64,000 nucleotides of DNA from Utricularia gibba (GCA_002189035.1 NEEC01000007.1:2604001-2668000); one strand, 5' to 3'. Counted from the stretch's first letter, positions 1-14,138 are shown. Notes: a model not told the origin generated them from the sequence alone. A program made the numbers and translations.

Positions 1-511
1 GAGCCCTTCTAGTCTTGATGATCAGCAGTGGCTCACATACTGGGTGCTCTACTCCCTGATCACGCTGTTCGAACTTACCAGTTGGAAGATCCTTCAATGG
101 TATGTATGGTTTTGCATCCAAAGATGATCTAAAAGGGATTAACAGCAGGGGTCCTGTTTCTCCTGCAGGCTACCATTCTGGCCTTACCTGAAGCTCCTCA
201 TCTGTCTGTGGCTGGTCCTGCCCATGTTCAATGGGGCAGCTTATGTGTATGACTGTGTAGTCAGGAAGTACTTGAAGTTCAGGATTGAAGAACGGCCGAA
301 TCAGCCGGGAGATCAACGACGAATCCTTCAGATGATAAACCCTGATGCCAGGAAGTCTGTTGAGAGATACATAGAGAATTATGGCCAAGAATCATTTGAC
401 AGGGTTGTCAAAGCGGTAAGGGGGTTATTATCTGAACATTCAGACCATGAGACACATGTAAATTGAATGAAAATGCTGCAGGCTGAGAGAGAAGCAAGGA
501 AACAGCACTAG
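1..511 (+). CDS. HVA22F: HVA22-like protein f, 3' part (gene starts before the window); introns 100-168 and 416-481
   Basis: Spliced translation SPSSLDDQQWLTYWVLYSLITLFEL...W|LPFWPYLKLLICLWLVLPMFNGAAYVY...QRRILQMINPDARKSVERY...VVKA|AEREARKQH*. TB2/DP1/HVA22 motif and GT-AG introns keep the frame. Confidence 0.9.
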
Positions 512-839
512 GAGCATAATGGCTTCCGCACATGGAGAATACAAAGAATTTAGTTGATGTGGATCCTGTGTCTAGTCCTTGCTACCGTGACTGAATGGAT
601 ATGAACTTCACTTTCTTTGTACAGCTTTATAGATATTATATGCTTTAATGCACTGGTTTCGTAGTTTTAAGGAAAACCAACGAAAGCAACAACAAATTTC
701 AACTGATGGACCTCAGCAAGATTTCAACACAACTTCAAGAAGGTTATAGTAAGTAGCAGAAACAAAGATGGAATTCATAATTCATGAGAGTGAATAGAGC
801 TAGCTCTTCAACCACCTATCTAAGGTAATACAAATCATA

Positions 840-3824
840 CTATCCTTGGATGTATTCCAGCACGTCGCACTGATTATCGAATTCCCATACAACTATTTTG
901 CCATCCAAGCCTGTTATTAGGTGTTCTGATGAAGCGCATGTGCAGAGTGATTTGCAAAACTATATGGGTGTATACAGTTACGGACCTGAAGTGCTGAAGC
1001 GGCGGATAGTGGCGTCCCCCACTCTTTTCAAGGGCTCAACACAACTAAGATCAAAAGAGAAGAAAAGTAGCATGCAAGTAAGTGATGATCCATGGCTCCA
1101 ACACAGAGCAGTGTCGGCATTTTGTGTCTAAAGTCATAACTCTAAGCTGAGTATTTGTTTCGTACGTGATACAGTTCTCGTGTGTAGCTGAACCCGTTTT
1201 AGCAGTTCCATTGCCATTATTGCTCCCCAATTTTGGTTGACCATAGAGTTTTCCAAATTTTTCTGATAACTGAGAAAAAACCAGGTCATGTTTGCATGGA
1301 ATAAGAAAGAAAAGCATGTCATTGGAAAATGTCTGCAGCCTGTTTATGAAACAGAAGGCTTAAATAAGGAGACCATGTACCTGACTGCTATATCTTGGAT
1401 TTGGAGATACTTTTTCATCAGCCTCAAGAAATCTTAAGAAACTCCTGAAAGAACACAAGGTTAAAGTTTTCTCCGCAGGAATCATAACTTTTACCACATC
1501 CTACCAATGGAAAATAAAATGAACACTCGAGATACAGAAATACAGGTATTCAGAAAATAAAATGTGACTTCTGTTAAGCACAAACTGAACATAGAAACTT
1601 TCATTACCATAGCCCCCTATCGTCAGCTGCAAATATCATGGGATTACAGTCATACCCCACACCAACAACCAGCCTCTCAGAAATGAAGAGAATCTGACCC
1701 AAAAACATCATCATTATTTTCACCATAAATAATGCCAGAAAAATTATAATGCTTCTGAAGGTGGATGCTGACCCACATCACGAAGAGGCAAATCACGGAA
1801 TGCTACACTCTGGGCAGATGGGGAAGGACCAACATCATCAACAAAGTAAATCATTGAATTATGGCCTGAAGATTGTATTTCCATGAGCAGAAGCATGAAA
1901 AGGTGCGAGTTGTCAAACTCATTTACAATTGATATTCCAACAAAAATAATCTCAGGTAAGCGAAAATAAAATGCACGTTTATATTGACTCCGACACTAGA
2001 AATAGTACTCCAGGATGAAGTTCCAGGTAAGCTACTCTTGTTCGTATATGCTGCCTACATGAAGGCTAAACCAGCATGCAGAATGTGGTGAAGAAATTTA
2101 CCTACATAAGCAAGGGTATTGCCACTTGGTGACCAGTTAATACCAAATGCCCAACTGAACGAGAGATCAAGTTGCATGAGTTGCTGAAAGGCAACAAGGA
2201 AAACCAATGGATCAAGTTGCATGAGTTGCACAGACAAAAACCACTTTACTGGTTATCCTTTAGCAGATACTTATGCATGAACAAAGGAACACATTCAAAC
2301 CTCTCCAAACTTGGTATCAGATGACGTATCCGTAGGGTTCCTGCACAATATTTTACCAAAAAGTAAATGGGAAGAGTTTGGCGAAAATAAAGCAGCAACC
2401 CAGTATATCTCCAATACGACTCACTTGGTATCTACACCTTTAATGAAAGTGGAAAATACTCGACACTTCCCATCTGTTGATGTGGTTGCAAGGAGTATCT
2501 GGATAGTTATACAAGAGTAAGTACCACTGAACATTGGGAAAAAAAAATAACAACTAAAAAAAAAACTACTTTGAACCTGCAGTCTTAAATACTACTAGAT
2601 AGACTCCATCTACTAGAAACCTCATACTGGGAAATTGATTGAACTTCAATTTGGAAAATCCTCCAGATAAAGCAAAAGCTTCTTTTTTTCGAAAAGATAT
2701 AGAAGAAATCTGCCAGATCTTTATAACTCACATTATTTGGATGCCAGGCAACACTTGTCACTGAAGAATCATGGCGCTTCCTTATAACTTTACTAACCCA
2801 CCTACCAAAAACTCAGTTGAGATAATAAACATGATATCAGGAGGCAGACAACATATCTACAAGAATTCTCATTCCATAAAAACAGTAAATGCGAAATGCA
2901 AAACTAATGGAGATCTCACCAATTGTTCTCTACTTCATAATAGCATACACAAACAGTTTTAGCCCCACTTCCAACAGCGAATTTATTTTCTGCAGCATCA
3001 AAATCACCCATTATGACTTCTAACATGAACAGTAATCAGAGTAAAGTTTCATACTTCACCACACTAAAATACACAAATCCATAGGCGATGATGACAATAA
3101 CAAAGTCTATTTGGGCATCACACCTTTTGGACTCCATTCGACACATAATGCGGCTCGATTTAACCTTAAAATAACAAGGGTTGGCACCCAATTAGCTGCT
3201 TCTAATGACCAAACGTATCTGAATCAAGAAACTGGTATCAGCAACTGCTATTGTAACGAGCATCAGAAACTTCAATAGAAGAAGAACATTGACACTGAAG
3301 GATGTCCCAACAGGCTCCCGTATAGGCCACTTACGAGTTCCGATCATGAGAAACGGTGACTATTCTGTTCGAATTTTTCCCCCAGTCAACCCCTGAAACA
3401 ATTTGATCATGCTGCGATCATAAGAAAGGAAGGTTCAGAAAAGAAATGGAAGGTCTTTCTCGTTAAAGATCATCAATTACAGAGTCACTAGACATTTTGC
3501 AGCTACATAAAACTGGAAAATCCTTCCACGATCCTTCTTTACTTCGGTATCTCACATTCCAGCTTTCGAGATTACCTTTTGAAGAACATGGATCTTCTCC
3601 CATTTGCCGTCTAACTGTTTATATATGTGAAGTTCGTTGTTATTCGGACAAAAAGCTACCACTGTAACACGAAAATCAACAAGATCAATTCACCGCAACC
3701 CAGACTACAGGATTACAGAAAAAAAAAGACCGAATATTCAGGGAAGAAGATTACTGGAGAGATCTGGGCTCCAGGCGTGGCAAGTGACGCACTGAGCGAA
3801 CTGATGAAACGAAACCGCAGCCAT
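840..3824 (-). CDS. ARPC1: Actin-related protein 2/3 complex subunit 1 (WD40), multi-exon
   Basis: Exons read [46 protein letters not shown]...[79 protein letters not shown]|[12 protein letters not shown] at 3824, TAG at 840-842. Confidence 0.93.
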
Positions 3825-4091
3825 CGTTACCTCGAGGAGGAATTGAGATCCGAAAGCTCAATTTTCAAATGTATATTCTGATCGATTTAACACCAAACTT
3901 CACCATTTCATCGCTCCCTCCCTCCCCCCCCCCCAAATGCAGTGAAACGACGACGTATGGATGCAATTGCAATATGGCGATATTAAACAAAATTATAAAT
4001 ACTAATTAATTAAATCACCCGTAAAATCATTTGGGTTTCATTTACGTTTCATTTAGGACGTCATTACAACACAATTTCACTTTACATTCAC

Positions 4092-5564
4092 TCAGAAGAG
4101 TTGCTCCTTGATATGTTTATCCAGTTTAAAGCCCACCCTTTCTGCTTCACGGCAGATTCGCCTGCACTTTGCCAGTCTTCCAGAAGCCATATACATTCCA
4201 ATGACACTTCTGTAAATATCCCAAGTAGGAGAGAAACCACATTCTTCAAGTTTGGAGAAGTATCTGGAAACTCTTGGCAGATCATTCAATGCCACAAAAA
4301 GCTTGATCAAAACCTGGTAAGCCGGGAGATCGAGCAGACAATCCGACGCCTCCATCTCCCATACGGCGGCCATAGCCTCTCGATATTTTCCTTCTGTGTA
4401 TCGACTGTGAATGAGGGTCGTGTACATTACAACACTAGGAGGGATACCGGAGTTTTTGAACCAATTGTACAGGGCTTCCACGATGTCGAATTTGCCCATC
4501 CTGATGCAGACTTTCATTATAGCTGTGCAGTCTTGCTGAGTTAATTGGAGATCATCTCTGTTGGCCAACTCTTCCAATAAGAGGAGAACGCAATCATGTT
4601 TGTCTGGGGTTTTCCCGAGTGCGAGGATAAGTTTGGCGTAGACACTGGGGTCTAGTGTTCTCTTACCTTCAATGGCAGCTGAGATAAGCCTCCAAGCAAG
4701 TCCCAAGTTTCCTCCCTTGATTGATCCTTTTACCACAGCCTCATAAACACTCCTGCTACTCAAAGTGACAAACTTGTCGAGATCAGAAGGCATTTTCAAT
4801 TCACCGGCCGCAGCCAAGACTTCGACGGTGGAAGCAAGGATTCGATCATCTGGGAACAAATGTGGATGGCTCTGAGCCCAACAGAAGACATGTAAAGCAC
4901 GGGCCGGAAGTCCCATATCACCCAGCTCCCTGATGGTGAGCGACAAAGACCCTTTTCTTAGGTAATGACTCCATTGATTGAGAACTGTAGATACATTGGA
5001 TTCGGTGGGGAGGCTTCTGATTTCCCTGGCTAACTTGATCAAAAACTCCGGATTCTTGTAAATGAGATTGCATAATGGCTGTCGCAAGGAACGAGAGATA
5101 TGAGTCCTGACCAGTTTCTTCGAAGTGGGAAATCCCAAAGGACGAATTTTGTGAGGAAGAGGCAAGGGAAGGGGTCTCTCCCTGCTCAAGTTACCGGGCT
5201 TCTGAGGGATTCTTCCCTGAAAAAGCGATGAAATAGCCTCTATTTCATCAGGTTCCCAAAGAATATTCCCACCATCATCACCCTGTTCAGCAAAAGAGTC
5301 GAAATCGGAACCAGAATCAAGATGATGAACTTGCCCTTCTTCAGGATTCGTCTCTTCAACGGGATGAAGCACTGGGAAAGAATCAGGTACAATCTCGGTG
5401 CGCCGACGATAACGTAGGTTCTTGGGAAGCGGCTCTACTTTTTTCTTTTTCCCAGTTTTCTTTCTTCCAGACCCCGCATCACGCACTACTCCAAGCGAAG
5501 ATCGGGAAACACCGGAGTAAAGAGGCCCGTACAAAAGCACTGAACAGGTCGAAAAACAGGCCAT
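4092..5564 (-). CDS. EMB975: P-class pentatricopeptide repeat protein, At2g01860/EMB975-like, intronless
   Basis: 490-aa ORF with WEPDEIEAISSLFQGRIPQKP, RKGSLSLTIRELG, QQDCTAIMKVC and PSVVMYTTLIHSRY, characteristic of this orthogroup; transit-peptide-like N-terminus. Confidence 0.85.
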   Translation of the reverse strand: MACFSTCSVLLYGPLYSGVSRSSLGVVRDAGSGRKKTGKKKKVEPLPKNLRYRRRTEIVPDSFPVLHPVEETNPEEGQVHHLDSGSDFDSFAEQGDDGGNILWEPDEIEAISSLFQGRIPQKPGNLSRERPLPLPLPHKIRPLGFPTSKKLVRTHISRSLRQPLCNLIYKNPEFLIKLAREIRSLPTESNVSTVLNQWSHYLRKGSLSLTIRELGDMGLPARALHVFCWAQSHPHLFPDDRILASTVEVLAAAGELKMPSDLDKFVTLSSRSVYEAVVKGSIKGGNLGLAWRLISAAIEGKRTLDPSVYAKLILALGKTPDKHDCVLLLLEELANRDDLQLTQQDCTAIMKVCIRMGKFDIVEALYNWFKNSGIPPSVVMYTTLIHSRYTEGKYREAMAAVWEMEASDCLLDLPAYQVLIKLFVALNDLPRVSRYFSKLEECGFSPTWDIYRSVIGMYMASGRLAKCRRICREAERVGFKLDKHIKEQLF

Positions 5565-6489
5565 GGATGCATCTGAAAACAGAGCAACACTTTAGCTCGT
5601 AACCCAGTATATCTTCAAATCAAAACCTCTCACGGGCAATTCGTCGAACATGGGTGTGAACATGAAACTCCATTCCCACACCCAGAGAATCCTCCCCGAC
5701 GGTTCTCACAAATTGCGTAACAGGATATCAGTAAACCTAATTCTCTCTCAAGGCTATCCCCCAATCCCACAGGAAGATAGATAGGATACTAAACGGTGAT
5801 GCAGAGGGAAAATGTGTACGTCATTATCAATTCAAAGACTCTGAAGCTTCTGTTCTCCAAACGACGAGTGTAATATTACAATCATCTGAGTATCCACAAT
5901 TGCGTAAATGCTGACATGGTATTTTAGTAAATTGAGTTATTTAATTTATTTAATTTTTTTTAAAAAAATTTGTATTCATTGCTAAAAATCCTAATATCAA
6001 AATAAAAATTACAAACTATACTTTAATTTTAAACATTGATATTTATAAATGATATTACAAAATTATAGAGTAAAACTATTCAAAATATCATAAAGAATCT
6101 AGAAATTAATTAAAATTTACCTAAATATGCTCAATAAGTGAATTTTGATGAATTTAACTTCAAGTATAAACCTTGGATATCCTAACTCTTCAACCATAAT
6201 TCAAAACGAGAGAGAAAAACACACATCCGTCTATCTCGCAAGAAAAATCACATCTTTGACATCCTATTTTTAAATCATTTACTTTTGAAAATGAGACTTC
6301 CTCACTTCCATTTCCATAAGAAATAAGAAAAAAATTTAATCATTTTCAGAAACATTTATCTTATTTATGTAAATAGTACTTCACCATTTTTGAAAATATG
6401 TAAAGATTATTTTAGTACTGGAGTTATTTTGCATGATTATAATTGATTATAATTTATATAAACATTTTTTACTGCTTATAATTAATGTT

Positions 6490-6730
6490 AAAGTAATGTT
6501 TTAAAGTTATTTATAAGTTAATTTATTTATAAGTTAAGTTTATAAGTAAAAAAATAAAATTATTTTTTTCTTATAAATTAAGTTATTTGTAAATTAAATT
6601 TATAAATTAATTTATTTATAAGTTAATTTTATAAATAGACAAAACATATTTTTTTATTATAAATGAAGTTATTTATAAATTAAATATACTAAATCAAACA
6701 ATAGGTACTTATAATTGACTTATAAGTTCA
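6490..6730. repeat. AT-rich array of AAGTTATTTATAA / TTATAAG units, possibly a decayed MITE
   Basis: The short motif recurs many times in both orientations; no clear TSD found. Confidence 0.4.
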
Positions 6731-9143
6731 AAATCTAAAAATCAATAATAATAATAATAATTGAAAATGTTAACATGGTTTTCCAGAAATGTTTATTAAA
6801 TTTGTAGAAATTTTTAATTTAGTAAAAATTGAATATGCAAAAACAGAAAGGAGGAAGTTAAAAGGAAAAGATATTAAAAAAACTTGTAATAATATTGATA
6901 TCTCACTTTCTTTTCAACTCCTAGTTGCTACTTCTCTTATATTTTTTCCTGGCTTGTCTCCAAACTCCTTTCAAGTATATTTTATCTATTCTCTAATCAT
7001 TTTCCATTTTTCTAGTTATTTAGTTTCTTTGGTTCCATTTTATGATTTTTAAAATCTTAATTATAAAAATATTAGAATGAATATATAAAATTATATATGG
7101 TTGAATGAAGCATTCTAATAATAATAGGATCTATCATTGTTTTAAAAAAGATTTAATTGAACATTTTTAGACAAATTTAAATTGATGCATTATATAAAAA
7201 AATATTATGTTTTTTGTTTGAAATAATTTAATATTATGATATTTATGTTTTAAATTATAAAAAATATTTTTGAAAATTCAAAAAGAAAATTAAGAAACTT
7301 AATAAAGTAAATTCAATAAAAAAAGACAATCAATGTTTTCAAAACCACTAATGATGTTGTGATAGGTCTCTCTTTTGCTTCAAATTCAATTCAGTCTAAT
7401 TTAAGATGTATTCTATAACCATCAAATAGACTTTATTCATCTTATGAAAATTGAGAAATCACATTTCTCAAAAGTTGTTCCTATAAGATGAGATGACCCT
7501 TTTTGTAATATATGACTTTAATAACTGGAATAACTAATCAAAGGCTGATTGGAAGTAATTTTAGGATATCAAATTATCGAACCTATGATTTCAATTCCTT
7601 CTTTTGTTCACTATTGCTTTTTATTTTTTCCAAACATATTCAACAATTGGAAGTTCGGACAAAACATGTCATTATGATAAACATTAATAATCAAATGTAT
7701 CATTCTAAATTATGAATGCATAATGTCACTTGAATTAGAAAATAGTAAGATAATACATGTATGATATTAACAATGTAAATCAATAATCTTCAGTACTCAA
7801 ACAATATGAACTAATAATATTTGACACAACAAATATTAGAAGATTAAATATATTTGACACGACAAGCAGTACATACTTATTATATTAATGGATAGTAAAC
7901 ACACAATTTATAGCAGACAAGAGAAACAAGATTTGCATGTAAAATAGTTTTAAATTCTTGCTTATTGAGTCAATATTTGAAACCCAATTTAATTCTTCAA
8001 AATCAATTCTATTCTCGTAAAATTATTTTTATCTTTCAAATATATAATAAATTATTTTCTACAAGATTATATTTGATAATCATTCAAATTCTATCAGAAT
8101 TATAAGATGATTATTTTTCAGTGGGGATTTAATTTTTAAAAGGTGATTTAAGATTAAATTTATAATTATTAATCATTCTTTTATGAATAATTATAATTAA
8201 TATTATTTTAACTTATTAAAAATACTTTAATTTTGGAATTATAATTGTAATATAAATCTATTTAAATCAAATTTATGACATAAAATATAGTTTATAAGTT
8301 TTATATTCTAGTATTATAATATTTTATTTATTAAATACAATTTTTAATTTATGAATTTATAATATATTACTATTAATAAATATGTTATTTAATTATACAA
8401 CATATTTTTAATTTTATAATAATCATTTTAAAAATTAATTTAAAAATATATAAATTTTTATTCTATCAAAAATTTTAATTTTGCTACAATTGGTTAGCAT
8501 AAACCTTTGGATATCCCCCATTTGTTGGGTGGGAAATGTAAATAGAGAGAAATTAGAGGTGTCAACTGTCAAGTGGACCGGACCACCGTATCCTTTCTAC
8601 CTCCCATACGCCAATCAATGACAGGCGGCGAATCAACGACGACCGATTTTCCACTCCAGCGTTTACTCTTTCTTCTCGTTGCCAACGTTGAATTCAAAGG
8701 GATGCAGCCAAACAACCAATGAAAAGCGAAGAGCATTTTCAACAATAAACTAATGCAACAGTGTCAAGATTCTGTACCCTCAATCCCCCACAATGCCGAT
8801 CACCACCGAAATGACTTCAATTCTTCATCATTGCCCACTTTGGTAGGCGCCCGAGTCGTCAAAACTCAGTTTTTGACCATCGAAAACCCCATATCCGTTT
8901 TCACTACCCTCTTGATATCTTCGTCTCCCTGGTTTTGATGATATAGCTCCAGACCCAGATAGCAGGGGGAAGAAATTGCTCCTTTGTTTGAAGCTATCTT
9001 TTTATGGGGTTAGATACTGCAAAGATTGCATCTTGCATACTTTTCCTGTTGTCAATCTCATTAATCTTGTTGGGGTTATAGATAATGAGATCCTTAGCAG
9101 CTTTGCTTCTCATATATCCATCGTAGAGTTTAAATTGTTCGGG

Positions 9144-10322
9144 ATGGAGGCGTCATCTGGCAGTTCCGGTTCCCCTGCTCCCTTTCTCTTGAAGACATAT
9201 GAGATGGTGGATGACCCTTTGACAAGTTCTGTTGTTTCTTGGAGCCATACGGGTCATAGTTTTATTGTTTGGAATCCTCCTGCGTTTGCCAGAGATTTAC
9301 TCCCCAAGTACTTCAAGCACAGCAATTTCTCTAGCTTCATCAGGCAGCTGAATACATACGTGAGCTTTTTAATCATTTCTCTTGAGCTTACATCCAAATT
9401 TGCGCCCCTGTTGTGCTCTGTAACTCGTGCCTAGTTTATCGATTGATTCAATAAAAGGGAACTTTACCTTCATAACATTGCTTTTCACACATCTTAGTGT
9501 TCTGGGGCTTAAATTTGAGTAGTTGTATGATGGTTTGATAGCTTTTTGCAGGGTTTTAGAAAGGTTGATCCTGATCAATGGGAGTTTGCCAACTTGGAGT
9601 TTATTCGAGGGCAAAAGCATCTTCTTAAGAATATCCATAGGCGAAAACCGATACATAGTCATTCAGTAAGCCAGCTGAGTTCTTCTCCGGTTAATGATTC
9701 TGAGAGAGCTGAGTTTGAGGAAGAGATTGAGCGACTGAAACAAGACAAGATCTCACTTGAATCACAGCTTGAGAAGTATAAAATTGAGAATCAAGGCTAC
9801 CGGAACCAACTCCGGTTATTGGCACAAGCATTGCTGAATACTGATCAGGGGCAGCCATATTTCATGGAACAGCCTGAAGGTCCAAGCAAAAAGAGAAGAT
9901 TAATAGGTTACGATCAGGTGAATCCCCTGCAAGATAGTACCATTTTATCATCTTTTGGCGTCGAAGATGTCTATAAAGCAGATAGTCTATTGGAGAAATT
10001 CTTCCCTGGGATCATCCACCACATTCCACCAGGAGCCAAGAATCGAGAAATGGCTGCAGAATTAGCAGTATCATCTGGAGATTCTGATCTGAATGTTAAA
10101 CCATGCACTCCTGAGTGCCACAGCTTAGTGTTGGCTTCCCATTCCTGTCCCAGCATTCATAGCCCTGAAATTTCTTCCATAAAACCTGCAGAAAATGGAA
10201 GCATTCCACCATTGCAACCTGGGGCAAATGATGTTTTCTGGGAACAGTTCCTGAGTGAGGCTCCAGTTTCATCTCTATCACAAGTAGTAGTGCATTCCCA
10301 CGTGAAGACTAGTACGACATGA
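9144..10322 (+). CDS. HSFA4: Heat shock transcription factor, class A4-like; intron 9360-9551
   Basis: DNA-binding domain [14 protein letters not shown]...[16 protein letters not shown]|[14 protein letters not shown] with the conserved HSF intron position; NLS KKRRL; C-terminal AHA motif [13 protein letters not shown]. Confidence 0.85.
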
Positions 10323-10595
10323 CTTGAAAGGAGACAAGTTACAGCTGCAAAATCTTCTCTTGATGCTTAGCTTGAAAGTCTCTGAATGTACAGCGAATAA
10401 GAATAGTGTAAAGCATTGCATATAGCTTATGTTTTGTAGAAAAGATGCTACCGTTTGCCGAGCCATCCCTTGCCCGTTTCCGGATACAACGGCAGATCGA
10501 TCATAAGCTTCAGTGAGTATTTTTCCGGATTCTTCTGTGTTCAACGCAGTTGTTACTCTCTATTATGTTGAAAATTGAATCGAATACTTACGTGT

Positions 10596-12545
10596 ATGGC
10601 AAAAATACGCTCAATTTCTGTGCTTCGGACCAAATGTGCCCGTTCGTTTTCTACGGCGGCCGCCGGCGATCCGTCGGAATCGTTCATCGCTTTGCACATT
10701 CGCGATCGGCTCCAGGAAGTTGATGTTTTGTCGGGTCTTCTAAAAGAATGTGCGGGTCTCCGCTCTATTTCACTGGTTCAGCAGATTCACTCCACCATCG
10801 TCACGGGAGGACAGTCGAAGCGCAAGTTCGTGATGAATCACTTGATGAATGCGTACGCTAAATTAGGAGAGGATGAGCAGGCCATGAAGGTGTTCGACAA
10901 AATGCCGGATCGAAATATCATGTCCTACAATATAGTGGTTGGTGGGCTGATACGAAACGAGAAATTAGGCGCCGCAGTAGATGTCTTTAACGCAATGCTG
11001 GAGAAGAACACAGCCTCATGGAATGCGATTATCGCAGGTCTTATCAACTTTCAGTACAATGACTATGGTTTGAAACTGTTCACTGAAATGCACACAAGTG
11101 GTTTTTTGCTTGATGAGTACACTCTGGGGAGCGCATTAAAGGGCTGTGCAGGTTTGAAAGATCTGAGAAGGGGAAAACAGGTGCATTGCTTCTCTATAAA
11201 ATCCGGGTTGCAGCTCAATTTGGTGGTCGGAAGCTCATTGTCCCACATGTACATGAGATGCAGCTGTCTGAAAGATGGTGAGAAAGTGATTCATTCGATG
11301 CCCCTTCACAATGTTGTTGCGTTTAACACGCTGATCGCCGGCTTGGTGCAGAATGGGGACCCGGAGGGTTCCTTGGATCAGTACAGGGCAATGAAAGCAG
11401 CTGGATTCAGGCCGGACAAGATAACTTTTGCTAGTGCTATAACTTCGTGCACCGATCTATCTACTCTAGGACTGGGGCGACAGATTCATGCTGAGGCTTT
11501 GAAAGCAGGATCATTATCTGTTTCTGCAGTGACTAGTTCTCTTATCAGCATGTATGCACGGTGCGGCTGCCTAACCGATGCAGACTTAGTTTTTCTCCAA
11601 AGAGAAGAAACTGGTGATGACCATGTTCTTTGGACTTCGATGATTGCTGCATACGGCCTACATGGAAGAGGAGAAGAAGCTATTGAGATGTTCAGAAGAA
11701 TGGAGATGAGGGGAATGGAAGCTAATGACATAACTTTCTTAAGCATACTCTATGCTTGTAGTCATTCAGGTCTGAAAGATCAGGGCCTTGAATTCTTCAA
11801 CATGATGGTGAATAAGTATGGTCTGGAGCCAAAGGTTAAACACTACACATGTGTGGTTGATCTCCTTGGAAGAGCAGGGCGCATAGAGGAAGCCGAATGC
11901 ATCATCGAATCCATGCCAATGAAACCAGATCCAGTCATTTGGAAAACCCTGCTGTCAGCTTGTAAAACTCACAGAAACACAGCAAAAGCTGAATCAATAG
12001 CTAACAGGATCCTCTCCATGGACCCGCAAGACACGGCAGCTTATGTCCTCCTCTCAAACTCCCAAGCCTCTGCTAAGAACTGGGAACACACAGAAAACGT
12101 AAGGCGAACAATGAAGTCTCAGATGATCACAAAGGAGCCTGGAATGAGCTGGTTCGAGTCGAAAAACAAGGTCCATCGTTTCATCGTGGGAGATAACTCC
12201 CACCCTCAATGGGAGATGATCATCTCTTATTTGCAGGAACTGATATTGGAACTCAGATCACATGGCTATGTACCTGAAACGTCTGCCGTTTTGCACGACA
12301 TGGATTTGGAGGAGCAGGAAGATAGTCTGGGAAACCACACAGAGAAGTTAGCGGTGGCTTGTGCTCTGCTATTGCTGCCCCATGGTGCTCCCATCAGGAT
12401 CATGAAGAACTTGAGAGTGTGTGATGACTGCCACGCTGCAATGAAGTGCATTTCTAAGGTCAGAAACAGAGAAATAGTCATCCGTGACTCCACCAGATTC
12501 CATCATTTTAAAGAAGGCATCTGTTCCTGTAGAGATTACTGGTAA
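10596..12545 (+). CDS. PLS-class PPR protein with E/E+/DYW domain (RNA editing factor type), At2g41080-like, intronless
   Basis: PLS repeats, PGMSW box, HTEKLA (HxE), CDDCH (CxxC) and terminal DYW. First ATG at 10596. Confidence 0.92.
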   Translation: MAKIRSISVLRTKCARSFSTAAAGDPSESFIALHIRDRLQEVDVLSGLLKECAGLRSISLVQQIHSTIVTGGQSKRKFVMNHLMNAYAKLGEDEQAMKVFDKMPDRNIMSYNIVVGGLIRNEKLGAAVDVFNAMLEKNTASWNAIIAGLINFQYNDYGLKLFTEMHTSGFLLDEYTLGSALKGCAGLKDLRRGKQVHCFSIKSGLQLNLVVGSSLSHMYMRCSCLKDGEKVIHSMPLHNVVAFNTLIAGLVQNGDPEGSLDQYRAMKAAGFRPDKITFASAITSCTDLSTLGLGRQIHAEALKAGSLSVSAVTSSLISMYARCGCLTDADLVFLQREETGDDHVLWTSMIAAYGLHGRGEEAIEMFRRMEMRGMEANDITFLSILYACSHSGLKDQGLEFFNMMVNKYGLEPKVKHYTCVVDLLGRAGRIEEAECIIESMPMKPDPVIWKTLLSACKTHRNTAKAESIANRILSMDPQDTAAYVLLSNSQASAKNWEHTENVRRTMKSQMITKEPGMSWFESKNKVHRFIVGDNSHPQWEMIISYLQELILELRSHGYVPETSAVLHDMDLEEQEDSLGNHTEKLAVACALLLLPHGAPIRIMKNLRVCDDCHAAMKCISKVRNREIVIRDSTRFHHFKEGICSCRDYW

Positions 12546-13138
12546 CCCCCTGTTTGATCCATAGTTTAAGACTTTTGCAAATTTAAATTATTTAGATTTA
12601 AATAAACAGGAATACATAAATTTAAATTTATAGGAGGAATAACACTTGATGATCCAGTCCAAGGAATTGTATACAAATTTTAAGCGAATTTGACATCATT
12701 TATGAATGGGATAAATGAATAGTTTATATAAAAAAAAATTTTATTAAAAAATATATAATCATAAAAATTAAATATTTAAAATGAATAATATCGTATAAAT
12801 AAAAATATATATGTTTAATTTATGTAAATAATATAATAATTTATAATTTATATTTGTATTTAATATCATTGTATTTATAAAAAAAAATTATTTCTATATG
12901 TTAAATTTGAATTGTTTATAAATGTATCGTAAAACAATATTAATAGATTTCAATTTGGTGTCGACGGATGAAAAGAACTCGGGCGGTAGAGTTAAATAGG
13001 GTGGGCACTGGGCACACACCGCACTCAATTGAAAGGCCCAAGCGACGTCGTTTCAGTTGAAAGGAATCCTTGCCAAAAACATCCCCCCAACGAAGCTTTG
13101 GTGTCTTTCTCCCGCTTCCTGTGAGATTTCTGCGCTGA

Positions 13139-14138
<1,000 letters not shown>

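Noticed and set aside
4101-4544. 147-aa plus-strand ORF over the PPR gene; similar antisense ORFs over PLA1 (18795-19151), trihelix (21896-22216) and ENODL (58358-59075)
   Set aside because: Antisense or off-frame shadows of strong coding sequences.
8753-8938. 61-aa ORF upstream of HsfA4 as a candidate conserved uORF
   Set aside because: No recognisable motif, TSS unknown, and length expected by chance.
12330-12350. HTEKLA instead of HSEKLA in the DYW domain
   Set aside because: HxE, CxxC and terminal DYW are intact; a conservative variant with no sign of inactivation.
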